From Toensbergia leucococca (Eukaryota), in assembly GCA_022813965.1 (NCBI GenBank), contig JALDZS010000173.1, positions 1 through 49,916 on the forward strand: a stretch of DNA of 49,916 nucleotides, given 5' to 3'. The notes below the pieces were generated by a model that did not search any database, was not told the origin of the DNA, and worked only from the letters and a program-made list of their open reading frames with translations. Positions 13,103 to 24,949 of the stretch are shown here, in pieces. A program made the position numbers and the translations under genes. The number at the start of each line of letters is the position of its first letter. The stretch's first letter is position 1.

Positions 13103-14758
13103 TCATGTCGTTGGAGCATATTTGCTGAGTTTTCGAATCCGAGCGCCATAGATGTAAAAAAGTATGGGCACTGGGAAAAAGGCCAGAGCGAGAAATCCGA
13201 GAAGGCTGGTGGCCCAGTCGACCTACACGTCTTGAGTCAGTATCCGTCATAATCTGCATCCGATAGCATGGTGTTTTCTTACTCCGAGCTTATGATACAT
13301 GGCAGTTGCGAACATTGGAAACCCTGCCCCAAAGAGGGACCTGACAATCGTATTGGCAGAGATGGCCGAATTGGCATACATCAGATACACATCGATGAGG
13401 TAGGCGAGACCTTGCAAAAAAGTCATTAGGATGCCGGCCCCGAGGGGGATCCCCGCGAGAATCTGAGGCCATGGACTGATATTTGGCGACGACGTCCACG
13501 CAAACCAGAAACAGCCAATGGGCAGCAGAGCAGCGCCAACAATCATGGGGATCAACCGATCTTCGGGTATAATCTTGCCGTGTTCGTGGAAATTATGTTT
13601 CAACCTGGTTTGAGTCGACCAAGTCACAAAGGCCGAGCCAAATAAAACGCCTACACCAATCGCAATGAAAGGTAATGCACCAACTCCCAGGCTATAGCCT
13701 CGTTCTTCCTGGAAGCTAATAGGGTAGGCTTCGAAGAGAAGGTAAATGAAGCCGTAAATGAAGCTTATGTAAAGGGTAATCAGAAGCAAAATCGGTTCCA
13801 AAGCTAGCATCACAAAGGGGCGGCCTAGGTATCTGGAGACGAGGTCGTTGAGATTGACCGGAGCTTCGTCTATCTTGGCCCGTACGGACCAATTTTTGGT
13901 CTCGAAGCGAATTTTCTTAGCTTTTCTGTGTAGAAGAATCGGGACGTAGGTTTCTGGAAGCACGATGAAGCCGATTCCACCAAAGAGGCCAGCCATAATC
14001 ATAGTGATCCAAGCTGTCCACCGCCATCCGAGGTAGCTTTGGGTGATGAAGCCTCCCACAATTGGGCCCAAGATCGGACCGACGAAGGTAGCAGCGGCAA
14101 AGACAGCAACAGCCAAGCCTCTTTTCACGGGGTCGAAGAAGTCGGCAAGATATCCGCCCACGATTGCCAGAGGAGCAGCAGCAGCGGTTCCAGCCAAGAA
14201 TCTACAAACTAGAATAGTCTCAAGGTTCTGGGCCACGCCGACTGGGATCTGAAAGATGATAAAGATGACATAGCCGACGAAAAGAGGGACCTTTCTGCCA
14301 TAGAGCTCCGACATAGGACCCCAAATAACAGGACCGAACGAGAAGCCTAGGACGAACATGGCGGTACCGAGAGTGGTAACTTCGGAGGCGACGCCAAATT
14401 CATCGGCGGTAACCATGGTGGCGGTACTGAAGACGCTGCTGGCAAAGGTCACGACAAGTGTCATGGAGCCCAGTATGGCAGCATATACCCATTTCTTCCA
14501 AAGAGCCATGTTCTGAGGGTTGTATGGATCATCAGGGGCATCAAATTCAATCACGTTAGGGTCCTTCTCATTCTCTTTCTCTGACTGTTGCCTTTGGGGT
14601 GTTTCATTGTTCTTTTGGGCTTCTTTCTCCAAGTCGCGATCGTCTTGCTTCTCCAGATCATAATCATCTTGTTTCTCTGGATCATGGTCCCCTTGCTGGT
14701 CCAAATGATGCTGAGTAGAGGCCGAGGTAGCGGCACTGTTCACGGTTGTAGAAGACAT
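13103..14758 (-). CDS. MFS drug:H+ antiporter, DHA1 family (Tpo1/Flr1-like), 2 exons
   Basis: [35 protein letters not shown] and YLIDVY motifs. Likely ATG at 14758. Last intron follows YHKLG; final exon [10 protein letters not shown]...YAPTT* ends at TGA 13103-13105. Confidence 0.92.
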
Positions 14759-15084
14759 TGCAATAAGATTGGAAGTAGAGGTAGCATATTGGATATCAGA
14801 GTTGAATATAAAGAGTACAAATGGACGGTCAGTCGTCAACAATGATGACGAAAGCGGAATTAAACTGTCCATCGTCGGATCTCTCGGCGGTTTCGTGACT
14901 CTTAGTTCCGAAAAGTCCGAAAAGATTAAAGAATCATCAGTCAGCAACACCACACATTTAATGACACGATACGACACGACATGGATCATTATTCATCATT
15001 CGTGACCCCTTTGATCCTTCGCTCTCACACTATCAACTCACAAGTCGTACCACATTCCGATCAAACCTAAACACTCGACTGCCA

Positions 15085-16730
15085 CTAGCCATTGTTGCTG
15101 ACGTTGCCAACGAAGACGACGAGGACGGCGCAGTATCTACGTCCAAAGCCCCATTAGCTCTTTCTCACAACCTTTACATATAATCATAAATGTGCAAAGA
15201 ACCCAAGGGAAGGCTCGCAGAAGTAGGAAAGCCAAAGACTGCAAGAAGCACAATTGCAAAATCATCCATGTGCAGTCTGATGACCAATGGTATAGAAACA
15301 ATGGAAAGAGGTCAGATCTATGCAATGGATGGCGTAGAGCATGTAGGGAAGAGCCATCATTCATTGACACATTGACACATTGAGATTGACCTCACCCTGC
15401 TGCTGCCGCCAGAATCTCGTGCCGTTTGGCCTTTGTGAAGAGAGAGAGAGCGGCAGAGAATATCAGCGTGCAAATGAGTAGTACACCGATGCAGACAGTG
15501 TCAGCTGCATTGTTCCCCGCTTTGACGGTGAGTCGGTAGAGAACGTAGATTGGAACGACGAGGAGGACTAAGATAAGCAGCGTGATGATCATCGTTACTA
15601 AAAGGTTGACCCGGCTACGTGTGTAGTAGCGAATGGTTCGATTCTCGGTTTTCTCTCGAGTTTCCTAGCACTTGTCAGATCACGCTTCGTGACTATATCA
15701 CCGGAATACCTTTGTCATACTTCGGAGACGAAGATATACTGTTGTTCTCCTTGAATCATTAGTAACAGTCAATGGCAACATCTTCCGGTGCTGCTGACCT
15801 CAATTGGCTTGCATCGAATCCACCGAAGTGTGCTCTCGACGGCAGAGTCGAGCCATGTGTGCTCGCGACCATTTCGCAACGTGACGAGATCTTCAAGATG
15901 GTAGATGAATTGCCGATCTTTCTCCATCAATGGCCCTTCGTTCTCAATGAAATTAACAACGCTGGTTTGATCCCTCTCAGCAGGCTTATTCATGGCCACA
16001 AGCGTCTGCGCTTGCACCAGAAGTTGACCTAGGATATCGTTAGTATTGGATTGAATCAATCAAATCGACAGGTTCTTGAGACCATATTCAATTGTCTTCT
16101 GTTTCGTTCTCTCTATTAGCTGCTTGCGCGATTCTCTTCCCGGCATAACTTCGCGAGCATCGTCGTTTTCTCTCGACATCAAGAAGTCACGACCATCCTC
16201 CGTCATGTTGTCGCGCTTGTCCATTCTAAGCAATTGAGTCTCCATCTGTCGCAGCTCGTCCTGGGCATGGAGAAGTAGTCTTGCGTGCAATGTACCGAAG
16301 CGGCGGTAGATCATGAACTGCTCATCGCTATCAAGGTAGCAGCTGACCATTGGATAGCCCAATGGATAGTCTTCCACTGAACCAATCGGTCAATTGCATT
16401 TTTCAAGAAGGGAAGAGGCTGGACGGTGAAGACTTACATTTGCGCACCGTATTCTTGGACGTGCGCCTTTCTGCTCTAGCCAGTAGAGCTTTTTTGAACT
16501 TTGCTGTCCAAGCGAGCCATGCGCGTGAGAGACCTTGAAATAATTATCAACTATGATTTTCTTGAACCCCAATGTCATGGCCAACCTCTATCAGGAACCA
16601 GCGTTTTGCCAGATATTACCGTCGCCGTCGGACTAGTCAATGCCGGCTTCTCTTCTAGAGCAGCACTTGTCACGATGCGACCCTCTTCTATCTGAAGTGC
16701 TAGTTCATGAGGGGCAATTGAAGGATCCAT
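15085..16730 (-). CDS. DUF6594 family membrane protein, copy 1 (apparently intact, 7 exons)
   Basis: EDYPLGYP..SD..FMIYRRFGTLHARLLLHAQDEL signature, DLVTL, and C-terminal TM helices ending TKAKRHEILAAAAGYCAVLVVFVGN. Hand-spliced from ATG 16730, including an 18-nt micro-exon at 15721-15738, to TAG 15085-15087. Confidence 0.85.
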
Positions 16731-18213
16731 GACGACTGGGGACAGTGGCTATGACAGTAAAAGCACACACAGCGCAGGTTGCTGGGACAATTGCCTCTTT
16801 GACTGATTCGGGTCTTGCGGTAGCTGAAGCCTGAGGCATGCATGACGGGCGCCAGAAGGCTATCAGTATGAAACTCCCTCTCCATCATAGGTCGTTACCT
16901 TATGCAGCTATCGAATTTAGCTGCACATTCTCACTAGTTGGCAAGGCAGACTTTGGGAGCCGGGGGGCCTCGATCGTAAAACAAACGAGGCCAAAAACAG
17001 CTGAACCCCACAACTATATCTGAGCACGAAAATCATTGGCTACAATTATAGTAGTACGAGTATCATTACTGTTCCAAAGGTAACCTAGCTAAACCCATTT
17101 TTTGAAGAGCTCAAGATCTGTCTCCTTAATGGGCTCCGCCGGTTTGTATGTGAAACCATCGCTATCCTGCAACAAGTAATCGTACCCAGAGCGACTCTCG
17201 TTGTAAGAGCTCGAAATGACCGTCATGATATGCTCGAATTCAAGCAGATTCTCATTGAGGAGGCGGACTTTGTCTTGTGGATTGAATTGAGCCCGTGTCT
17301 ACCTCTGTTTAATTTTACTTGCCCGACAATGTTTGCATGAGGCAACACGCACTTTCCTCTGCACCGGGGCACGGATTGTATCTGCTCTCCAGACCTCACC
17401 AGACTTGTCAGCCGCTTCAGAGCTGTCCTGTAGGATTCCCGTAAGCGCCCCATAAAGCATGCAACCGAGAACGCCTCGTCCTTACGTGGGCCTCATTGAC
17501 ACCAAAGCCAGCCATGTCAATATGCTCCACTTCAGTGCAGAGCGGGAGGCCGAGGTTTGGTAGGAAATGTCAAACAATGATATTTGAGGTCGGCAGTGAA
17601 TTGAAAAACGCTGGCGAGCCTGGATGAGACAGACCTAGGCAATCAAGGCAAATGGAGTAGATTGCAGATATAGAGAGAGCTGAGTATCGTCTTGGCTAAG
17701 CATGACTGGGATTGAATCTTAAGTTGATTTGCTTTTGAGGCTCTGCCTATCTTGGACTCTTTCGGAGAGGGGGTCTTGCATCTGAGGCGGGGTAAGACAA
17801 TAAGCCATTTACCCACATGGCGCCACGATAATCCTTTTCGGGTTTCACAGCATAAAACAAAATACAAACAAGGTTGATATCCCGCCTGGTTGCATCGCCG
17901 ATAACGTTGTGACACTCCAACTTTGTCGCATGAACCAAGGCTGATTGGTGTCTTCCGATCAAAAGCAATATCCTTATCGCGCCAAGAGACTCCCTTCGAC
18001 GAACCCCTCGTATGCTAGAATAGAAATGATCGCCAGCAAACATGCGAGGTAATTTGACCTAATTTCGATGTGCCCGGATAGGTAAGCCAGCATACAATGC
18101 GCCTCAGAAATACGCTTCTATGTCTGAATAGCCAGGAAGCCCATTCGACTTCTAATTTTACACAGAGCTTAGTCTATTATCAAAAGATAAGGGGAAAATA
18201 TAATGCCTGAAAA

Positions 18214-19563
18214 TCAATCGAGCCTTCGCCTTTTGTGAGGGCTGGGCGGCGCTGCGTCGATGTGAAGGGCAGCGTTGTGCGCAGATACCTCGTGATGGAC
18301 TTCTTCGAGTTCCTCGTGGACCTGGTATGTTTCACTGAGGACTTGCTGGCTAAGAGCTTCTAGTCTTGTCTCGTAGAGCCTAGCCTCCTGTCGACGCGCC
18401 AATGCAGCTTTGAACCGGCTAGCGGCTTGGAAAACCGAATCTCTTGTGCGTGCATGGAGGCCTCCCCACATGATTCGGTTGACACGAAGGTGATTTTTCT
18501 GGACCACAATATTCAAATTGTCCCCTAGGGCCTGGATATCTTGCAGGGTCGGGCTGTTGTCAAAGATGAACTTGAGAGTAAGGATGGCTTGAGTATGGAC
18601 CGACTGTGGTAATATACTTCCAGACGTGGGTGACGGTAGCTCAGCAGCATTCTCTGTCTGCGATGACAATGGCTCCAACACGATAAACTCGCTGGCGATT
18701 TTATCGCGCTTCGACAGTATTGGGATCTGTTCTCTTGAGAAGTTTGGAGCATCTTTGCGGATCTTGTTGAGCAGGTCGCAGGTTGTAAACCGATGTGATT
18801 TTTCAGCAAGGTCTTTGAGGGCCCATATCAATGCAGAAGTAAAGGATGTTTCACCAGGACCGGGGGTTCTGAAGTCGGCATCCGCAGCGGCGAGGAATTC
18901 GAACGATCTTTCATATCCTTGCGCACCACCGCGAGTAACTGCGATATTCCCAGCGTAGCAGCAGTCGAAAATTTCCAGCACGTCAGCTTGTGTGTCTCTG
19001 AGATTCTCCTCTGTTCGGTTCCAGATAACGCTATCAAGATGAGCTCTTATATCGGTAGGACTTGTCTTTCCGGCAAGGTGTAAGTCGCCCGGTTTGGCAC
19101 CTTTTCTACCATGACCGGCAAAGTACACTATAAGCAATGTCCTTGGGCCATCGTATTCCCACACCCAATCGGCAACGATTTTGTTGATATATGCCTGCGC
19201 TGTTTTGTTCTTGTGTTGTTTCAGACGTTCGCATTGAACTTGGAAGTTGAAGGTCTCTTCGAAAACGGCGCCAAGAGCATTGACTTCTTCTCCAACCTCG
19301 AGATCATCCAATTCACTGTCCCAAGAGAGGAGTAGAACGTGTGCTTTCTTGTAAGTCACAGAGCTGCTGTAATGTCCATTTTCCATAGACTTGGTCCAGA
19401 CCAGTTGGCAAGTCGAGTTGAGCTGCTCGAGGTTATCTTCGTAGAGAACGATGGATGAATCGTGGGGGCGTTTGTGTTTGCTCGGAGGCATAGAAGGCTG
19501 AAGAGATCCATTCAGATGCGCTGCCGCTAAATTGTTCGGGTTCTGCTCGATGGAGGGAGACAT
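18214..19563 (-). CDS. Caspase-fold cysteine protease (Peptidase C14-like, non-Yca1 type)
   Basis: LLIVYFAGHG (His codon 19111-19113), VLEIFDCCYAG (candidate Cys 18958-18960), then FLAAA...SFTSALIWAL. Basic NLS-like C-terminus HKRRRLD. May extend 5' to 20124 via a 60-nt intron. Confidence 0.85.
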   Translation of the reverse strand: MSPSIEQNPNNLAAAHLNGSLQPSMPPSKHKRPHDSSIVLYEDNLEQLNSTCQLVWTKSMENGHYSSSVTYKKAHVLLLSWDSELDDLEVGEEVNALGAVFEETFNFQVQCERLKQHKNKTAQAYINKIVADWVWEYDGPRTLLIVYFAGHGRKGAKPGDLHLAGKTSPTDIRAHLDSVIWNRTEENLRDTQADVLEIFDCCYAGNIAVTRGGAQGYERSFEFLAAADADFRTPGPGETSFTSALIWALKDLAEKSHRFTTCDLLNKIRKDAPNFSREQIPILSKRDKIASEFIVLEPLSSQTENAAELPSPTSGSILPQSVHTQAILTLKFIFDNSPTLQDIQALGDNLNIVVQKNHLRVNRIMWGGLHARTRDSVFQAASRFKAALARRQEARLYETRLEALSQQVLSETYQVHEELEEVHHEVSAHNAALHIDAAPPSPHKRRRLD

Positions 19564-20490
19564 TGCGAGGTGTATGGTAAGGTGACGAGCCGGAGAATTG
19601 GAGGTACGATAGGCTGTATATGGGGAACTGGTTTGTTCCTGCGACGAGGGTGGAATTTGAGCTTGCTACCGGACATACTGTTTCGAGACTGGACGATTCG
19701 AGCAATATTATAGTCAAGTGAGTACGTCCCAGTCTTGAGACCGAGACGGTGGGCAGAACCACGGATGCAAGAAATTAAGATTAGTTGAAACGCAAGCTGA
19801 CTGCGCCTCGGGTTCGTCTTCCTGCCTGCGGCTTGTGGCTTGCAGCGTTGCAGGAGGGGGGCGACAGTTTGGTGGGGTACGTAAAACATGATTGGGTAGC
19901 CTTGTATGTGGGTAGTACGAACTGCAAGCCGGGAATTGAGTGGCACTTCTCGACTTAGGCTGTATTGACGCCGTGGGGCTCTTTGAGTAGCGGCACAGAA
20001 AGCTGAAATAGTTCGGCTTGATTTCGGGGGTGGAAGATGTTGTTGCAAGTGGATATGAGGGTGTCGAGAGTGTGAAGATGCCTCGGTGAGGTGGTGATAC
20101 TCGTATGCACTTGACGGTCTCCATATTCTAGAGCCGATTAGAATAGAATATTCTACCCCGCACTTCAGCCGCTCTCGAATCTCTGCGCCCTTCTTCAATT
20201 TTTTCCCATAGTCACTTTCCACTCAGCTTAGCTACGACAATCTGTTAATCCGTAGCTCTCACTCTCATGTGATCTTGAGGCCTTTTTCGTGCAAACTCTC
20301 GCACTTTCTACTTCCAGTTTCGTAAAACGCGCGATCGAACAACCGTCCGCCATTCAAACCTATTGGCCGCGCTGATTTCGACTGCCTCGAAAGAGGACAT
20401 GAGCACTCTAGCAGACACAGCAGTGAGAGACTCTTTCAAATGTAGCAGATCGGGATTCGTTTGATGCTGTTTTTTTTGTTGGAGTTTTGG

Positions 20491-21565
20491 TCATTGTGGA
20501 CTGCTTTCGAAATTGTTGCTTACAGAGACCACAAGTACAGCAGCATACCTAGATTGTTGACTGTATTAGCATTCTGCTGTCTGTGGCTTAGATTATTAAT
20601 GAGGAAGCACTCACCCTGCTGTCGAACCAAATATCTCAGCCCTTCGTGCGTTGGTAAGCAGGCCAACAACTAAAGCGAACAGGCAAGTAAAGAGCACTAT
20701 CATCCCAATTCGTAGACCAATGCTTCGATCCGAGATGCAAAGTAAACAAGTAATGGCACCAATGAGGAGGATGGCGCTGCATAGTACAGATATTACAGCG
20801 CCGGCACATTGGATCCGTCTTTCTGGGTAGTAATATATTTCTTTGTTTTGGTCGTGTGTACCGTTATCCTGGCTACGTTTCTCCTAAAGCAGGATCAACA
20901 TTGTCTGTCAAATTCCTCAACCCATTGGTCTATTTCTCTGCCTTACCGCAAAAATCCAGCCAAAGTAGGTTTGCAAGAAGACGTTCAGCCGATCTGTATC
21001 GACAGGCGCAAGAGCTACAAGATCTCGTTCATTTTGGAAAAGATGTTCGTCCTGACCCCAGAGCACGGGCAATGAAGGGGAGGTGAACCACTTCTTGAAT
21101 GCCTTCAAAGTTCGCGAGCTCGGCGAACTCAACTTGAGCACCTGACTTTCAAGTATCATTGCTTCATCTGAGATGCCATCAGCCAAGCTGTCTCCATCAA
21201 TCCGAGTAAATTTGACACGTGCGATATTCTTTGATCTTTGCTCGGATTTTCACTTGCAATGCTCTATGCTGTTTAGACGTGACCATATCCTCATCGCAAT
21301 AATGGCGCCAATCTCGGGCAGCTTTCTGTGCATCTTCGTTGTCAAGGTCTTTCGTATCCTCCTGGTCCAGCTGCTGCAATTCTTACTCCAACTGCTGGAG
21401 CTTGCTCTGTAGATACAACAAGTTTCTCGCACTTAAATGGGCATATTTGCGATAAATAGCGGCGTCATTATCTTGTGCAATGAACTCGGCAAATGAGGGA
21501 TATCCTTCGAGTCGCGACGGATTGGTGGCCAACTCGATGTCTACATTTCGAACCGGATTCAACAT
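20491..21565 (-). pseudogene. DUF6594 family membrane protein, copy 2, with one in-frame premature stop
   Basis: LEGYPSFAEFIAQD..AAIYRKYAHLSARNLLYLQS signature. TAA at 21383-21385 lies within ...QQLE*ELQQLD and the frame continues. Later exons read DLVALAP.DTDRL and TNARRAEIFGSTAGYAAVLVV, ending at TGA 20491-20493. Confidence 0.8.
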
Positions 21566-22163
21566 CTGCCAATTTCGAGAGAGAGCCTAGAGGAATAAGA
21601 TGGAAGAAACGTTCGTTCGAGAATTGTTGTTGATTTTTTCATCACAACGAAAAGAGTTGGATGTCAAAGGCGAGTTGAGCCTCGATCCCTGAGAGCCGGG
21701 CCTGGACCGCCACTCGACTACCGCTGCAAGTACCACTGAAAGACCACAGAAAACGAACTACTCAATGAAGTCTTAATCTGTTGGATGTTCTCGTAGCTAG
21801 CTGAAGGTTGGAAAGTACAGAAGAACTAAGGATATACGTGACTGCTGACTAATCCACCGCCACTAGCGCCGGCGTTTTCTTGGAAGCTGCCTCACTGCCC
21901 CCTGCTCAATCCTCCAGCCTCGATCATTCTTCACATTCATTCTTTTCCTTACTCGTGCCCTTTCTGTCTGCGAATATTCAACTCGTTGTTTTGAACCTTC
22001 TGGTACTGGAAGACCACGGCAGGATCAGACTGGCCAAAGGCGACATCGTAATCTTTGGAGACCTACCTCCAACCACGAGCCTCGTGCAGAATGACCGTAT
22101 GACTTTTCTCGCTTCCAAAAGTACACCTCGAAGTTAGATTGTCACTACATTGTCTCGCACTCA

Positions 22164-24549
22164 ATGACCTCTTTTACTACGAACTCCGAATCCGCTCCTC
22201 GCCCTCTCGACGGGAAAAATATTCGGGAAAATTCCTCGCTACCATTGCTCAGAGAACTTGAGCAACACAAGAATAGGATACTCGAGTCGGAATCTTCGTG
22301 GAGCAACTTATTGTCCAGTTTTCGGAAAAACCCTGGCAATTTCAAGAGGCAAAACTCTGAGCATCGACTGTCTCCTGTGAACAGTTTCGAGAGAACAGAA
22401 CCCCCAATGCGAAGAGTCAAACCCTCGCTATTTTCGCCTAAAAGACTTGAGCAACCCATGAATGGGATACCCAGGTCGGAACTGGAATCGTGGAGCAAGT
22501 CAGGGTCCAAATTTTTAGAAGTTCCCCACCCAGGCAATTTCAAAAGACAAGACTCGGAGCGCAGAGACCGACTAATTTCCGTGAACAACTTCGAGAGAAC
22601 AAAATTCCAAGTGCGAAGGGTCGTGGAACGTCTACCAATAAAATCAACTCGAAGTCCCTCACTGTCCTCGTCAGATTCTGCTATTCGTAATGTCGAGGAT
22701 GCCCATTATTCAAGCCTCATATCCAAGAGCCGCCGTTTGGACAACCCGCACTTCCCACAATTTTCAGATGCCAGCGAGTTGACTACGCCAGGATCTGTTT
22801 CTTGTTCCTATTCATCAGGTGTATCTTCAGACATGTCATCATCAACCACGCACGAAGGACCATCGAATGACCAAGACGATAGGCAATTCACGCGAGAACT
22901 TGAAGACAAGTGGATACTAAATCTCACTCTTCCCTTCCGAGATGGATCTTTGAGAGAGAAGTTCTTCATTAGTTATGCGGAAACGCCAACTCAGTGGAAG
23001 AGAGTCACGGTATCCTGTGATTATCGTCATACACCTCCGGATTCTCTTGAGCAAAGCCTGCAGGTGCTACAATATCAACGTGATAAGAGTGCGAGAATCT
23101 ACGAATCGATTCGATCTTGTTTGCCAGAGATTCAGTTTTACGATACAGTTACCAATTTGAGACTAGAAACCGACGATAACGATCAACTCCATATTCATGT
23201 CACAGAGGACGTAAATGAGTCCGCTGACTTGCTCTCGAACCGTTCTGCGGAAAAATATGAAGCCAGCGATCCTTTGGAAGCCCAGCGTGACACTATACGC
23301 GTATTGAACAAGATTTCTAAGATGAAGAGGGGTCTTTCAGGCTTTGTGAATGGGTCTAGCAAATCAGCCATGGCGGACACAGGCTCAGCCCAGAACATAG
23401 TGTCGGCGTCATATGTTAAAGAAATGAAGCTCCCAATACAAGGCTCCCCGTCATCTTTCAGACTTGGAAACTTGCAAAAGACTAAATCTATAGGTAAGTC
23501 AGGTTCATTCTGTCATTTTTATGTCAGGATTATGTTACTTTGAGTTGTCAGAGCTAATCTCGCGACAAGGAACCGTTTCTATCTTATGGGTTTTCTCTGA
23601 GAAACCAAAAGAGACTTTCTCGACACTTTGCCATGTCCTCCCAAAATGTACATATGACCTGATTTTGGGTAGTGCATTCTTGGCAGCCACAGAAACGATG
23701 TCGAAACATCGACGTCGCCTTACTGAATGTCTCTTCTCAGCAGCAAACCTCCTTCGCTTTGGTGCCTTTGACGACACTTGCCAGCGCTTAAAGGGAACGC
23801 TTGCAGATACACGCGCGGCTCTTGCCGTTCCAGACTCGGGGGCTGAGGCCAATGTTATTGATATGAGGTACGCAATCGAAAATGGTCTCGACATCCGGAC
23901 CGGGCCCAAGCACTGCAATTTTCTTCAGTTCGCCGATGGCAGCTTTAAAGAAACCGTGGGACAGGTCTTTACCTCCTGGACATTCGCATCTGGCAAACGT
24001 ATTCCCGTGACATTTGAGGTTCTAGAGAATTGCTGTTCCGACGTCATCATCGGAGAAGAGATACTCTATCATCACAACGTTTTTGAACATCATGCCTCTT
24101 CTTTAGTAACGCTACCGTCGCATTCTGAATCCTTTGAACTGGCGCCATTTGATTTTATCAACTCATGGCAACGAGCTGCGAGTGGGATCATTGACAACAT
24201 CAAGCAGAAAAAGCCCAAAGGTAAAGTCTCAAGATCCTCAAAATAGGTAAAAGCCTTCTGACATAGCGCAGCCTCGGCTGTTGATGCGTCAACGGCGCCT
24301 CACGTCTTAACTTCGGCAGCTCATGCCAAAGAGCGTCACCGGCGCGATGTCTGGAATTACAGATACGAATTTGGGGCGACTGCCAGTGCGGCGGAGCTGG
24401 AAGCGGAGAAGCAGCGAAAGAGGAAACATGAGGAAACTTTCACTCCTCAGGACCGCCTTCCTGTCATTCCAAGTATCCCCACATCACGGTCTCGTCACAC
24501 GAGGACATCGAATTTGACTGCTGGACTCAGTGTTGGATCGCGCTTATAA
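22164..24549 (+). CDS. Chimeric protein: duplicated N-terminal segment, kinase-associated N-domain, two retropepsin-like aspartyl protease domains; 3 exons
   Basis: AMADTGSAQNIVS (Asp ~23376)...YDLILGSAFL and AVPDSGAEANVID (Asp ~23833)...SDVIIGEEIL. Introns 23494-23569 and 24221-24271 keep the frame to TAA 24547-24549. Confidence 0.82.
22253..22622 (+). repeat. Diverged tandem duplication (~190-bp unit) inside the CDS
   Basis: LEQHKNRILESESSWS..PGNFKRQNSE..VNSFERT..MRRV versus LEQPMNGIPRSELESWS..PGNFKRQDSE..VNNFERT..VRRV. Confidence 0.85.
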
Positions 24550-24949
24550 TGAATGATTGTCTGCGATGTCAATAGACCCCTTTCTAGATGTTACTATACC
24601 TAAGGCGCATCAAGTCAGAGGATGAAGTAATGATCCCTTCAGGCATTATCTTGGGCGGAGTCGGGCGTCAGAGTCAAGAGAACACATTGAAAGCCAAATT
24701 TTTATGATAAATTGCATCTGATAGTGGAGGGCCTGCTCTCACGAAGTACATGATCAAATATATCAAGGGCCTATGATCATGCCTGTGATTTCAGGTGATT
24801 GAACATACAAGTACTTTGAGTGCGTATGCAACTACTTTTGAGTGCGCTGAGCTGAATGGATTCTGTGAGGTCAGATGGTGAATTTGCTGGTGATGGTTCC
24901 TTTAGGCAACGTTGAGGTATGTAGATGTTCAATGAAGTCTGAGGACTGT

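Noticed and set aside
14620..14700. Three ~24-bp repeats (DPEKQDD/DLEKQDD/DLEKE)
   Set aside because: Ordinary low-complexity expansion in a disordered MFS N-terminus.
19527..20222. 231-aa ORF overlapping the caspase start
   Set aside because: Non-ATG start, different frame, no motif; likely incidental.
22164..24549. Aspartyl protease as part of a retrotransposon pol gene
   Set aside because: It has spliceosomal introns and two tandem protease domains, with no RT, RNase H, integrase or flanking LTRs, so it is a cellular gene.
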